Below are positions 54,231 to 63,693 of a stretch of 64,000 bases of DNA, piece by piece. Source of the stretch: Desulfobacterales bacterium (GTDB lineage Bacteria > Desulfobacterota > Desulfobacteria > Desulfobacterales > UBA2174); NCBI GenBank assembly GCA_963668645.2, contig CAXXWC010000021.1, positions 1,440,001 to 1,504,000 of the forward strand. The letters are read 5' to 3'. Below the pieces are notes generated by a model. It was not told the origin of the DNA and ran no database searches. It saw nothing but the letters and a program-made list of their open reading frames with translations. The position numbers and the translations under genes are program-made. Numbering within the stretch: the stretch's first letter is position 1; the number at the start of each line of letters is the position of its first letter.

Positions 54231-54966
54231 CTAAATGTTTGGCGCCAATTGCACCAGGGACCGCAGCAGCATCACCGCCGCCAGGACGATGAGCCAGGAA
54301 AGGATCCGGCGCCGGAAGCGCTCCGGATCCGCAGCACCGAAGACGCGCTGGCCCAGATAGATACCGCCGGCCGTGGGGACGGCCAGCAAGGCGGCGAAAA
54401 TCGCCGTGCGGACATCCAAAAGTCCCATGGCCGCGCAGGCGGCCCCGGCATAAATGTCGGTAAAAAAGGAATACGCGATCAAGGAGGCCCGGGAGACCGC
54501 CGCACCGGCCGGGGACGAAAAGAAAAAGAGGATCGCCGGCGGTCCGCCGACAGCCGCGGCCCCGTTGAAAACGCCCGAGAGACAACCGGCGGCCAATGTG
54601 GCGCCCCGGCCGGGCATGCGCTGCAGCCCGGCCAGCAGCAGCACGACCAGGCTGATCCCGAGCCTCGCCGGTTCGGCCGCTACCCGCTGGAGGGCCCCAA
54701 ACGCCCACCGGAGTGCCGAACACGGCACCGATGCCCATCCATCCAAGGGTATTCCAGGCCACCTGGCGCCAAACCTTGGCGATCAGCATCAGGCTGGCGG
54801 CCACTTCGAGCAGCAGAATCACCGGCACGATCCGGGCCGGGTCAAAGCACAGTGAAAGGCCCAGGACGGCGACCATGGAAAAGCCGAATCCGCCGTAGCC
54901 GCGCACGTATCCGGCCCCCAGCACCACAGCGGCGGCCCATAATACCGATAGTAGCTGCGGCGGCAT
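54231..54966 (-). pseudogene. TauE/SafE sulfite exporter family, frameshifted
   Basis: N-half RGYGGFGFS and C-half GGPP in different frames; one extra G in TGGGGCC near 54697 (real mutation or sequencing error). Confidence 0.8.
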
Positions 54967-55018
54967 GCAACAGGCCTCAGGCAGAAAAAAGGTTGATGAT
55001 TTCACCACGAAGAAGCAT

Positions 55019-55036
55019 ATTTCACCATAGTGAAAT
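55019..55036. promoter_or_regulatory. Candidate TetR operator ATTTCAC-CATA-GTGAAAT
   Basis: 7-bp perfect inverted repeat upstream of tauE; a half-site ATTTCACCA also occurs at about 54999. Confidence 0.55.
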
Positions 55037-55514
55037 TACCAGCCTATGTTAAACTTGTCAACATGCGAGCCCCACGGTGAATTTGTTCTATGCCCGTGTT
55101 GCGGTCGGCCGGCAGTTGTCAGTCATGGCCAGATAGTCGAAGACCAAGCGGACGTTGCGAGCCAGTTGGCGCATTTTTTGCGCCACGCTGCGCACACCTT
55201 TGGATTTAATTGCGCTTACGGCAAAGCGGCGCAACCGGGTGATATTTTCAGGCCCGTGGCCTTTGCGGATACGGCTGCGGTCTTCGTCGAAGTTCCAGTC
55301 GATGATGTAATGGCATTTGTTTTCGATGCACCAATGGCCGCGGTTTATGGCCAGCAGGCATCGGGCGTCGGCCTGCTCGGCAGGTCTACTGGTGATACCG
55401 TAAGCAATCTCAAATGATTGTTTGCCGCTTTTTTTGTCCGTGCATCGTGATCTTCCCCCAAATTGGTGGACACCTCGAAAAGCCCAATGTATACGGGCGT
55501 CAGGAGGTGTTCCA

Positions 55515-55814
55515 ATGGCACAGAAAAAGAGAAAGAACTACTCACGAGAATTCAAGGTCGAGGCTGTGAACCTGATTACCCAAAAGGGATACAGCATTGC
55601 TGAAGCCTCGCGGAATCTCGGCATAGAATACAGCGTGTTACGACGCTGGAAGTCAGAACTCGCGAAAGATTCTCAGCATGCTTTTCCTGGTAAGGGAAAA
55701 CTTGCCGCTCCGGATGAGGAAACGCGTAAGCTCCGCCGTGAGCTGGATCGAGTCAAACAGGAGCGTGACATCCTAAAAAAAGCGCTGGCCTACTTTGCGG
55801 AGGATCAGAAATGA
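55515..55814 (+). CDS. IS3 transposase OrfA
   Basis: YSREFKVEAV HTH, ERDILKKA; A7G slippery motif at 55775-55782. Confidence 0.92.
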   Translation: MAQKKRKNYSREFKVEAVNLITQKGYSIAEASRNLGIEYSVLRRWKSELAKDSQHAFPGKGKLAAPDEETRKLRRELDRVKQERDILKKALAYFAEDQK

Positions 55815-56674
55815 AATTTCGATTCATCTCTGAACACGTGGAGACGTTCACTGTAGGCCGCATGTGCAAGCTGCTAAACGTCTCCCGCTCCGGCTTCTAT
55901 GCCTGGACAAAGCGTCCGGAGAGCCGCCGGAGCCGTGAAAACCGGGTGCTGGAGGATCGAATCCGACTGTCGCATGCAAACAGCCACGGTATCTACGGAG
56001 CGCCGCGGATCTACCAGGATCTGAACGATGACGGCGTGCGTTGCGGGAAAAACCGTGTCGCCCGTATCATGCGCAATGCCGGTATCCGATCTCGTACGAG
56101 AAAGAAGTTCAAGGCAACGACGAACTCTCGGCATAATCTACCAGTTGCACAGAATTTACTTGACCGGGACTTCAACGCAAAGGCTCCCGACACCGCATGG
56201 GTCGGCGACATAACCTACATCTGGACCGACGAGGGCTGGCTGTACCTGGCCGTGCTGTTGGATTTGTACAACCGCGAAGTCGTCGGTTGGTCCGCTGCCA
56301 GCCGAATGACACGGCAACTGGCCATTGATGCCCTGGAAATGGCTCTTGGTAAGCGGCAGCCGGAACAAGGGCTGCTACATCATACGGACCGCGGTAGCCA
56401 GTACGCTTCGGCCGATTATCAAAAAATTCTCAAAGAGCGTGGCATGGTCTGCAGCATGAGCCGTAAAGGCAACTGCCATGACAATGCCGTGGCGGAAAGC
56501 TTCTTTGGCCGCCTTAAGATGGAATGGGTCAACCACGAACGGTACCACAGCCGGTCGGAAGCGATCCAAAACCTATTTTATTACATAGAGGTCTTCTACA
56601 ACCGAAAAAGACGCCACTCATCGATTGATTACGCAATCCCGCAAGAATATGAGGGTTTCCTACTTGCGGCTTAA
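55811..56674 (+). CDS. IS3 transposase OrfB (DDE integrase core)
   Basis: YGAPR, WVGDITY, HTDRGSQY, DNAVAESFF, YNRKRRHS. Confidence 0.95.
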   Translation: MKFRFISEHVETFTVGRMCKLLNVSRSGFYAWTKRPESRRSRENRVLEDRIRLSHANSHGIYGAPRIYQDLNDDGVRCGKNRVARIMRNAGIRSRTRKKFKATTNSRHNLPVAQNLLDRDFNAKAPDTAWVGDITYIWTDEGWLYLAVLLDLYNREVVGWSAASRMTRQLAIDALEMALGKRQPEQGLLHHTDRGSQYASADYQKILKERGMVCSMSRKGNCHDNAVAESFFGRLKMEWVNHERYHSRSEAIQNLFYYIEVFYNRKRRHSSIDYAIPQEYEGFLLAA

Positions 56675-58326
56675 CCTCGTGTCCACTTTTTCGGGGCAAG
56701 ATCATCGGCGTTCGATGACAAAAGCTTGTTGGACGTGAGGAAAGTCGAGAAACTCGTTGAGTTCGGTGGTGGTCCAGATCTTGCGCTCTTCGATGCGGCC
56801 GTGGTCGGGCGGGTCGCAAAGGATGAAATCGGGTTGGCCGCGGTCTTTGAAGTACAGACCGATGTCGTCGAACAGTCCGGGCTGGTTGTTTTTGACGGTG
56901 AAGTGGTAGTGGGCGCCGCGCTGCTCGACGATGTATTCGGCGAACTTTCTCTGTGTCAGCAGGGCATCGGCGGTGATGTCTTTGTTTTCGATCTTGATGG
57001 CATCGAGCAGGGGCTGGGCGGTCTTGATTTCGTTGGTGCGCTTGACCTTTTGGTCGTCTACGGCCAGGTTGCCGACTTTTTTTGGGTGTAGCAGGCACTG
57101 GTGGTATGGCCGACAACGCTCATGATGTGGGTCTGATAGCCTTGATCGTCAATGGCGTTGCACATGGTTTTGCCATCGATGGCCAGGCATTGGTCGCAGC
57201 CGGCGTGGATGCTGTTCCATTTTTGCAGGGCGTCGTCGAGGCGTGCCGGATCGACCCGGATGAGCACATCGCGGATGATCGACAGACTCGGCACGCTGTA
57301 GTGGCCGTTTCGGTAGCGGCATTGGAAGCGCCGGCGTGCTTTTTGTCCGAGGCTGTTGGCCCAATCGGAGATGGCCTGGTAGCCGCGCATGCCACACAGG
57401 GTTGCTGCGGCGGCGATGGCCAAAACGGTTGCCAGACGATGGCGTCGGCCTTGGGGGCGTCGCGGATCGGGGATGTCGGCGAAAAATCGGGGCAAAGATT
57501 GCATGTGTTGAGCCGGCAGCATGATTTTAGGATCTCCTGTTTGATAAAGCGGTGGCAGCATGGTCTGTGACAAGAGGGTTTGCGCATCGGGGCGCAACGG
57601 TTTGACAAAAACCATTTTGGGTGAGTCGGCCGTGTCGCTGTATCCTTTGGCGTGCCGATGAAAGCCTTTGGAGTTTCCGACCGCAGTCCAGTTGTCGGCT
57701 TTATAGATGGTTCCCTTGAAGCGCGCGGGATCGACGAAGGTTTCGAGCAACAGCACGGGATGTCCGAAAGCGGCTTGCCAGTCGGCGGGCAGTCTTTTTC
57801 GGCACAAGGCCAGGATGCGCGAGGCCAGGTTTGGCAGATGCCAGTCGGGCAGGATCAGAAAACGGCTGTTGTTGGTCAACAAATTGAGCCGATCGAACTG
57901 ATGGTTAAAGGGCCAACCGATCCACTGATCGCGAGCAGCACATTTGAGGGCGGGAGCGGAAAAGCTGACCAAGCCGACCCATTGATCACCGATACAGGCC
58001 GCATATCGCAGGGTTTCACCGATTTTGGGCAAGGCGCCCAAGTAATGATGCCGGTGCATCAAGCTCTGGAAGCGCTGATCTTGATTCCGGCGAACTAACC
58101 GAACAACGACTTGTTTGAGATACAACACATCGCCCCCCATTAACGAAAGATGACCTGCCGGGGAGCTATATAGCTGAATATCAAGGGGTTGTCCAGATGT
58201 TTTGATAACCACTTGGAGTTTAATGGCTTATCGAATCAGCACGAAATCACCATGATGCGAGCCCATTTCGGAGCCGTTGGCTCGAAATCTATGGCCGCCA
58301 CCACAGCACCCTCAGGCGAGGAAACG

Positions 58327-58980
58327 ATGTCGGTTCAAGAACGCAAAGACTGGGAGCGCGCCCAGCGCCGGGCGCGCATCATCGACGAGGCCGAGAGGAA
58401 ATTTCTTGCGGAGGGATATGCCGCCACCACCCTGCCGGCCATCGCCGCAGCGGCCGGCTACCACAAGCGCAACCTTTACTTCTACTTCAGGGACAAGGAG
58501 GCGCTCTTCATGGCGGTGGCCGAACGCGCCCTGATCCGCCTCAAGGACCGGTTCGTGCAAGCGCCTTCAGCCCAAGCCGACCCGGTGTCCAACCTGGTGC
58601 GGATCGCCCGGACATTTTTCGATTTTGCCATGGCCGAACCCGGCGCCCTTGATTTGATCATGCAATATGAAACGGTGCACCACGTCTATGAACCGTCCGG
58701 CCTATCGCCGGATGCCGACCCGTCCCGCATCGCCTGCCAGCATCTGTCGGACCAGCTTTCCGCCGTGGTGCGTGAAGTCATCGACCAGGGCCAGCAGGCC
58801 GGCACCCTGCGCTGCGATCTGGAGCCCCGGGCCATGATGCTGCTGCTCTGGGGCCAGATCCTGGGCGTCGTGCAGGTGCTGCGGATGCGCGAAAAAAGCT
58901 TTACGCGGGTCTTCGGGCTGAGCCGCGAAGCGCTTTTCGACCGTTTTGTGGACATGATGGTGGCGGCCCTAAAACCATGA
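58327..58980 (+). CDS. TetR/AcrR family regulator
   Basis: TTLPAIAAAAGYHKRNLYFYFRDKE; RBS GAGGA before ATG 58327. Confidence 0.9.
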   Translation: MSVQERKDWERAQRRARIIDEAERKFLAEGYAATTLPAIAAAAGYHKRNLYFYFRDKEALFMAVAERALIRLKDRFVQAPSAQADPVSNLVRIARTFFDFAMAEPGALDLIMQYETVHHVYEPSGLSPDADPSRIACQHLSDQLSAVVREVIDQGQQAGTLRCDLEPRAMMLLLWGQILGVVQVLRMREKSFTRVFGLSREALFDRFVDMMVAALKP

Positions 58981-59024
58981 TAGCCCCAAACGGGCTATTG
59001 GCCGCACGCCGGAAGGTGAACTAT

Positions 59025-59164
59025 TGTCCGTCCATAAATGGTGATTTTTGGTTCCCGGCAAGGCCCGAGCGAGTTTCCAACCGGAGCAATAGCCCGCTAT
59101 TTCGAGGATTGGAAACGAGGGAAAACGCCGCCGGGGGCCGAAAGGTGCCGTTTATGGATGGGCA
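59025..59164. repeat. About 140-bp nested-palindrome element (REP/MITE-like or structured RNA)
   Basis: Outer arms TGTCCGTCCATAAATGGT / GCCGTTTATGGATGGGCA; inner TTTCCAA / TTGGAAA; apical AATAG-CCCG-CTATT. Confidence 0.65.
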
Positions 59165-59168
59165 CGAA

Positions 59169-60869
59169 CTAAGGCCGCATCGTGTAGTTTCCAACCCGGC
59201 TGACTACATGCCCGCGCCACACCTTCTCAAAACGTTCCGGATCGACCGCCGGCTTGCGGATCATGCGCCGGCAGGCTTCCATCTGGACCTCGGTGCTGCT
59301 CGTTTTGTTGTGCAGCCGCAGGGCATGGGCTGAAAAGTCGCGCACCATGAAATCGAAGATCTGATCCAGCAGGGCGTCTTCAACCTGCTGGATGGCAGCC
59401 TCTTCGATAATCAGCTGCCCGTAGGCCACCAGGGAAAAAATCTCGCCCAGGCAGAGCAGAAAATCGATGTCCTGGGCCTGCTCGGCGCTGGGCGGGGCGG
59501 TGACCAGCATCGTTTTGAAGATTTCGATCTGGGCCTTGAAGATCTCGGCATTGGGCAGGTTGACCCGCTCGTAGGCCAGCCGGTAGTCGTGGAACCGGAT
59601 CTTGCCCAGGCCGCGGGTCGGTCCCTGGGCGAACATGAAAGCATCGTGGACCGCATCGGTCTGGGGTTCGATTTCGGGGAAGGTGCCCGGGTTAAAAAAG
59701 TAGTTGGCCATGAACCTGACCACCAGGGCCATGTTCACATGCACGGTGCCTTCCAGCTTGGGCAGAGCCCGGATGTCCCGGGCGGCCATCTCGAAATAGG
59801 TGTCCTTTTCAAAGCCGCGGGCCGCGATGACATCCCAGAGCAGGTTGATGACCTCCTCGCCCTGGGTGGTGACTTTCATCTTGACCAGGGGATTGTAGAG
59901 CAGGTAGCGCCGGTCCTCGGCCGAAGCGGCCCGCATGTAGTCGATGGCCCGCAGGGAGAAAAGACGCATGGCCACCAGCCGGGTGTAGGCGTCGGTGAAA
60001 ATCTGCTGGATATGGGGAAAATCGGTGACGAACTTGCCGTAGAGATTGCGCCGGGCCGCATGGTCCAGAGCTTCGTAAAAGGCATGGGTGCAAATGCCGA
60101 TGGAGGCCCATCCCAGGTTGAATTTACCCACGTTGACCGTATTGAGGGCCGCGTCCCAGGCGTCCCGGCCGGTGGACAAAATCTCGCCATCGGTGAGCGG
60201 ATACCCTTCCAGAGCATACTCGGACACGTACATCTGCGAATTGATCACGTTCTGGATGCACTTGTAGTTGGGATGATCGGTGCGTACCGCAAAAAAGACG
60301 TACTCGTCGTTGTCTGAATTCTTGCCGAAGGTCGACAGCAGGGCCGCCTTGTTGCCGTTGCCGATGTAATACTTGCCGCCATCGGCCCGGTACTGGCCCT
60401 CGCCCATGGGGGTGAGCATCATCTCCGAGCTGTAAAGATCCGCGCCGTGGGCCTTTTCCGACAGGCCGAGGCCGAAGATCCCGCCATCGGCCAACAGTTG
60501 GCCGGCAGTCCGCTTGATCGATTCGTTGGGGCTCATCCAGATCGGCCCCAACCCGAGGATGGTCACCTGCCAAGCATACCAGTAGGCCAGCCCGTAAAAG
60601 CCGAAAATCTCGTTCAGGGCGCAGTTGCGGTAGCTGTCCCAGCGCGCCTCGGGATTGTCCGGGGCATAGGCCGGCGGAGTGAGCAGGGTGGCAAAGAGCC
60701 CCTGTTCCCGGTTGAAGTCCAAAAAATCGTCGTACCAGCGCCGCTCGTGGTCGTCTTGCTTGATGCGGGCCAGACCCTTGTTTTCGAAAAAAGTGATGGT
60801 CGCTTCCATCAATCGGCGCGAACGCGCGTCCAGTCCCTGGAAACAGTTTTTTTGCGGGTGAAAAATCAT
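59169..60869 (-). CDS. Acyl-CoA dehydrogenase
   Basis: GLSEKAHGAD, GGKYYIGNG, RRNLYG, LPKLEGT. Confidence 0.92.
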   Translation of the reverse strand: MIFHPQKNCFQGLDARSRRLMEATITFFENKGLARIKQDDHERRWYDDFLDFNREQGLFATLLTPPAYAPDNPEARWDSYRNCALNEIFGFYGLAYWYAWQVTILGLGPIWMSPNESIKRTAGQLLADGGIFGLGLSEKAHGADLYSSEMMLTPMGEGQYRADGGKYYIGNGNKAALLSTFGKNSDNDEYVFFAVRTDHPNYKCIQNVINSQMYVSEYALEGYPLTDGEILSTGRDAWDAALNTVNVGKFNLGWASIGICTHAFYEALDHAARRNLYGKFVTDFPHIQQIFTDAYTRLVAMRLFSLRAIDYMRAASAEDRRYLLYNPLVKMKVTTQGEEVINLLWDVIAARGFEKDTYFEMAARDIRALPKLEGTVHVNMALVVRFMANYFFNPGTFPEIEPQTDAVHDAFMFAQGPTRGLGKIRFHDYRLAYERVNLPNAEIFKAQIEIFKTMLVTAPPSAEQAQDIDFLLCLGEIFSLVAYGQLIIEEAAIQQVEDALLDQIFDFMVRDFSAHALRLHNKTSSTEVQMEACRRMIRKPAVDPERFEKVWRGHVVSRVGNYTMRP

Positions 60870-61201
60870 TCTTCATCCTTTCCTTGAGGGTTGGCAAGGG
60901 TATTTCGGCTGAACTTTGCCGGCACCAAAAATCGAGGGCCGGAAACGTAACTTGCCGAAAATTCAGCGGCCTTTGTCTGGGGTTTTCGCGAACCTTTAGC
61001 CTGTGGGCGATTTTCTGTCAACGTCTCAGCGGTTCACGTTTAATCCAGGCGCGGTTGTCTTGCCAACCGGATATGAACGTGGCGGATTTCGATTTCTGAA
61101 ACACCGCGCAAAACGAAAATGCGCCTCGACCGATGCGTAAAGCAGTCCCCCACCTTTACGAGCGGTATCGCAGGGCAGCAGGCGGCCCCTTCGCAAGGAC
61201 T

Positions 61202-62895
61202 CACGGTGAATTTGTTCTATGCCCGTGTTGCAGTCGGCCGGCAGTTGTCAGTCATGGCCAGATAGTCGAAGACCAAGCGGACGTTGCGAGCCAGTTGGCG
61301 CATTTTTTGCGCCACGCTGCGCACACCTTTTCTTTTGTCCGTGCATCGGCGTTCGATGACAAAAGCTTGTTGGACGTGAGGAAAGTCGAGAAACTCGTTG
61401 AGTTCGGTGGTGGTCCAGATCTTGCGCTCTTCGATGCGGCCGTGGTCGGGCGGGTCGCAAAGGATGAAATCGGGTTGGCCGCGGTCTTTGAAGTACAGAC
61501 CGATGTCGTCGAACAGTCCGGGCTGGTTGTTTTTGACGGTGAAGTGGTAGTGGGCGCCGCGCTGCTCGACGATGTATTCGGCGAACTTTCTCTGTGTCAG
61601 CAGGGCATCGGCGGTGATGTCTTTGTTTTCGATCTTGATGGCATCGAGCAGGGGCTGGGCGGTCTTGATTTCGTTGGTGCGCTTGACCTTTTGGTCGTCT
61701 ACGGCCAGGTTGCCGACTTTTTTTGGGTGTAGCAGGCACTGGTGGTATGGCCGACAACGCTCATGATGTGGGTCTGATAGCCTTGATCGTCAATGGCGTT
61801 GCACATGGTTTTGCCATCGATGGCCAGGCATTGGTCGCAGCCGGCGTGGATGCTGTTCCATTTTTGCAGGGCGTCGTCGAGGCGTGCCGGATCGACCCGG
61901 ATGAGCACATCGCGGATGATCGACAGACTCGGCACGCTGTAGTGGCCGTTTCGGTAGCGGCATTGGAAGCGCCGGCGTGCTTTTTGTCCGAGGCTGTTGG
62001 CCCAATCGGAGATGGCCTGGTAGCCGCGCATGCCACACAGGGTTGCTGCGGCGGCGATGGCCAAAACGGTTGCCAGACGATGGCGTCGGCCTTGGGGGCG
62101 TCGCGGATCGGGGATGTCGGCGAAAAATCGGGGCAAAGATTGCATATGTTGAGCCGGCAGCATGATTTTAGGATCTCCTGTTTGATAAAGCGGTGGCAGC
62201 ATGGTCTGTGACAAGAGGGTTTGCGCATCGGGGCGCAACGGTTTGACAAAAACCATTTTGGGTGAGTCGGCCGTGTCGCTGTATCCTTTGGCGTGCCGAT
62301 GAAAGCCTTTGGAGTTTCCGACCGCAGTCCAGTTGTCGGCTTTATAGATGGTTCCCTTGAAGCGCGCGGGATCGACGAAGGTTTCGAGCAACAGCACGGG
62401 ATGTCCGAAAGCGGCTTGCCAGTCGGCGGGCAGTCTTTTTCGGCACAAGGCCAGGATGCGCGAGGCCAGGTTTGGCAGATGCCAGTCGGGCAGGATCAGA
62501 AAACGGCTGTTGTTGGTCAACAAATTGAGCCGATCGAACTGATGATTAAAGGGCCAACCGATCCACTGATCGCGAGCAGCACATTTGAGGACGGGAGCGG
62601 AAAAGCTGACCAAGCCGACCCATTGATCACCGATACAGACCGCATATCGCAGGGTTTCACCGATTTTGGGCAAGGCGCTCAAGTAATGATGCCGGTGCAT
62701 CAAGCTCTGGAAGCGCTGATCTTGATTCCGGCGAACTAACCGAACAACGACTTGTTTGAGATACAACACATCGCCCCCCATTAACGAAAGATGACCTGCC
62801 GGGGAGCTATATAACTGAATATCAAGGGGTTGTCCAGATGTTTTGATAACCACTTGGAGTTTAATGGCTTATCGAATCAGCACGAAATCACCATG
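61202..62895 (-). mobile_element. ISAs1-DUF4338 element copy 2, about 228-bp internal deletion in the transposase 3' part
   Basis: Near-identical to copy 1; 10-bp direct repeat CGCAAGGACT at 61192-61201 and 62896-62905; lacks the segment matching about 55202-55430 (junction about 61330). Confidence 0.92.
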
Positions 62896-63036
62896 CGCAA
62901 GGACTGCGGCAGCCTCGACAAAAACGCCCGTCTCGTGCATCATGAGAAGCAGACCAATCCGGTTTACGATGTATTGCGGGTGGTTGAAATATTCCAACGG
63001 CGGGTTCTACCAGGCACCCGCAGGAGGTCAAGGGGC

Positions 63037-63669
63037 ATGGAACAGCTTGCTCACATCACCAACGTCATCGCCCTGACCATGGGCGCTGCCTGGGCCGCGG
63101 GCATCAACCTCTATGCGGCCATCGCCACCTTGGGGATTCTGGGCCTCACCGGCGGTATCGTTCTGCCACCGGACCTTCAGATCCTAGCCCACCCCCTGGT
63201 GGTGGGTGCGGCCTGCTTCATGTTCGCCGTGGAGTTCGTGGCCGACAAGACCCCCGGGGTGGACACGGGCTGGGATGCGATCCACACCTTCATCCGCATC
63301 CCGGCCGGTGCCCTGCTGGCCGCCGGGGCCGTGGGCGAGCTCAACCCGGCCGTCGTCCTGGCCGCAGCCATCCTGGGCGGCACCTTGGCCGCCGGCACCC
63401 ACGGCCTCAAAACCGGCTCGCGGATTCTGATCAACACTTCACCCGAACCGTTCACCAACTGGGTCGTCTCCATGGCCGAAGACCTCCTGGTGATCGGCGG
63501 GATCTGGACGGCCGTCAACCACCCCTGGCTCTTTCTTGGCCTGTTGATCCTTTTCATCCTGCTGATGATCTGGCTGCTGCCGAAGCTGTGGCGCGGCATC
63601 CGCATGCTGGCCGCCAAGATCCAGCAATGGTTCACGCGCAAGCCGGCGGTCCCGCCGCCGGTGGGCTGA
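63037..63669 (+). CDS. DUF4126 family membrane protein
   Basis: AGINLYA, EFVADKTPGVD, WDAIHTFIR, INTSPEPFTN, ED; RBS GGAGG upstream. Confidence 0.88.
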   Translation: MEQLAHITNVIALTMGAAWAAGINLYAAIATLGILGLTGGIVLPPDLQILAHPLVVGAACFMFAVEFVADKTPGVDTGWDAIHTFIRIPAGALLAAGAVGELNPAVVLAAAILGGTLAAGTHGLKTGSRILINTSPEPFTNWVVSMAEDLLVIGGIWTAVNHPWLFLGLLILFILLMIWLLPKLWRGIRMLAAKIQQWFTRKPAVPPPVG

Positions 63670-63693
63670 GCCGGATCAAACCGGTCGGCATAC

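Larger units (their letters stand above)
55448..56704 (+). mobile_element. IS3-family element, apparently intact
   Basis: 26-bp IRs TGATCTTCCCCCAAATTGGTGGACAC / TGATCTTGCCCCGAAAAAGTGGACAC; 3-bp duplication TCG; copy 2 of the ISAs1 shows the empty site. Confidence 0.95.
55088..58140 (-). pseudogene. DUF4338(DruA-like)-ISAs1 transposase, -1 frameshift at about 57080, split by IS3
   Basis: HHYLG, NNSRFLIL, LLETFVD (DUF4338); IPDPR, AIDGKT, TNEI, TADALLTQR, HGRIE, RGHWCIEN, FDED (ISAs1 DDE) read across frames. Confidence 0.85.
55073..58254 (-). mobile_element. ISAs1-family element with DUF4338 domain, copy 1 (interrupted by IS3)
   Basis: IRs CACGGTGAATTTGTTCT / CATGGTGATTTCGTGCT; 10-bp direct repeat ATGCGAGCCC at 55063-55072 and 58255-58264. 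Confidence 0.92.

Noticed and set aside
57058..58212. Druantia anti-phage system
   Set aside because: The DUF4338 domain lies inside an IS and is fused to the transposase; no DruE helicase or other dru genes seen
58189..58326. N-terminal extensions MSRCFDNHLEF... on tetR and on the DUF4126 gene (62830)
   Set aside because: They derive from the IS end reading into the flank; native RBS and ATG lie downstream (58327, 63037)
55073..62895. Composite transposon carrying tetR + acyl-CoA dehydrogenase between two ISAs1 copies
   Set aside because: Each copy has its own distinct 10-bp target duplication, so they are independent insertions
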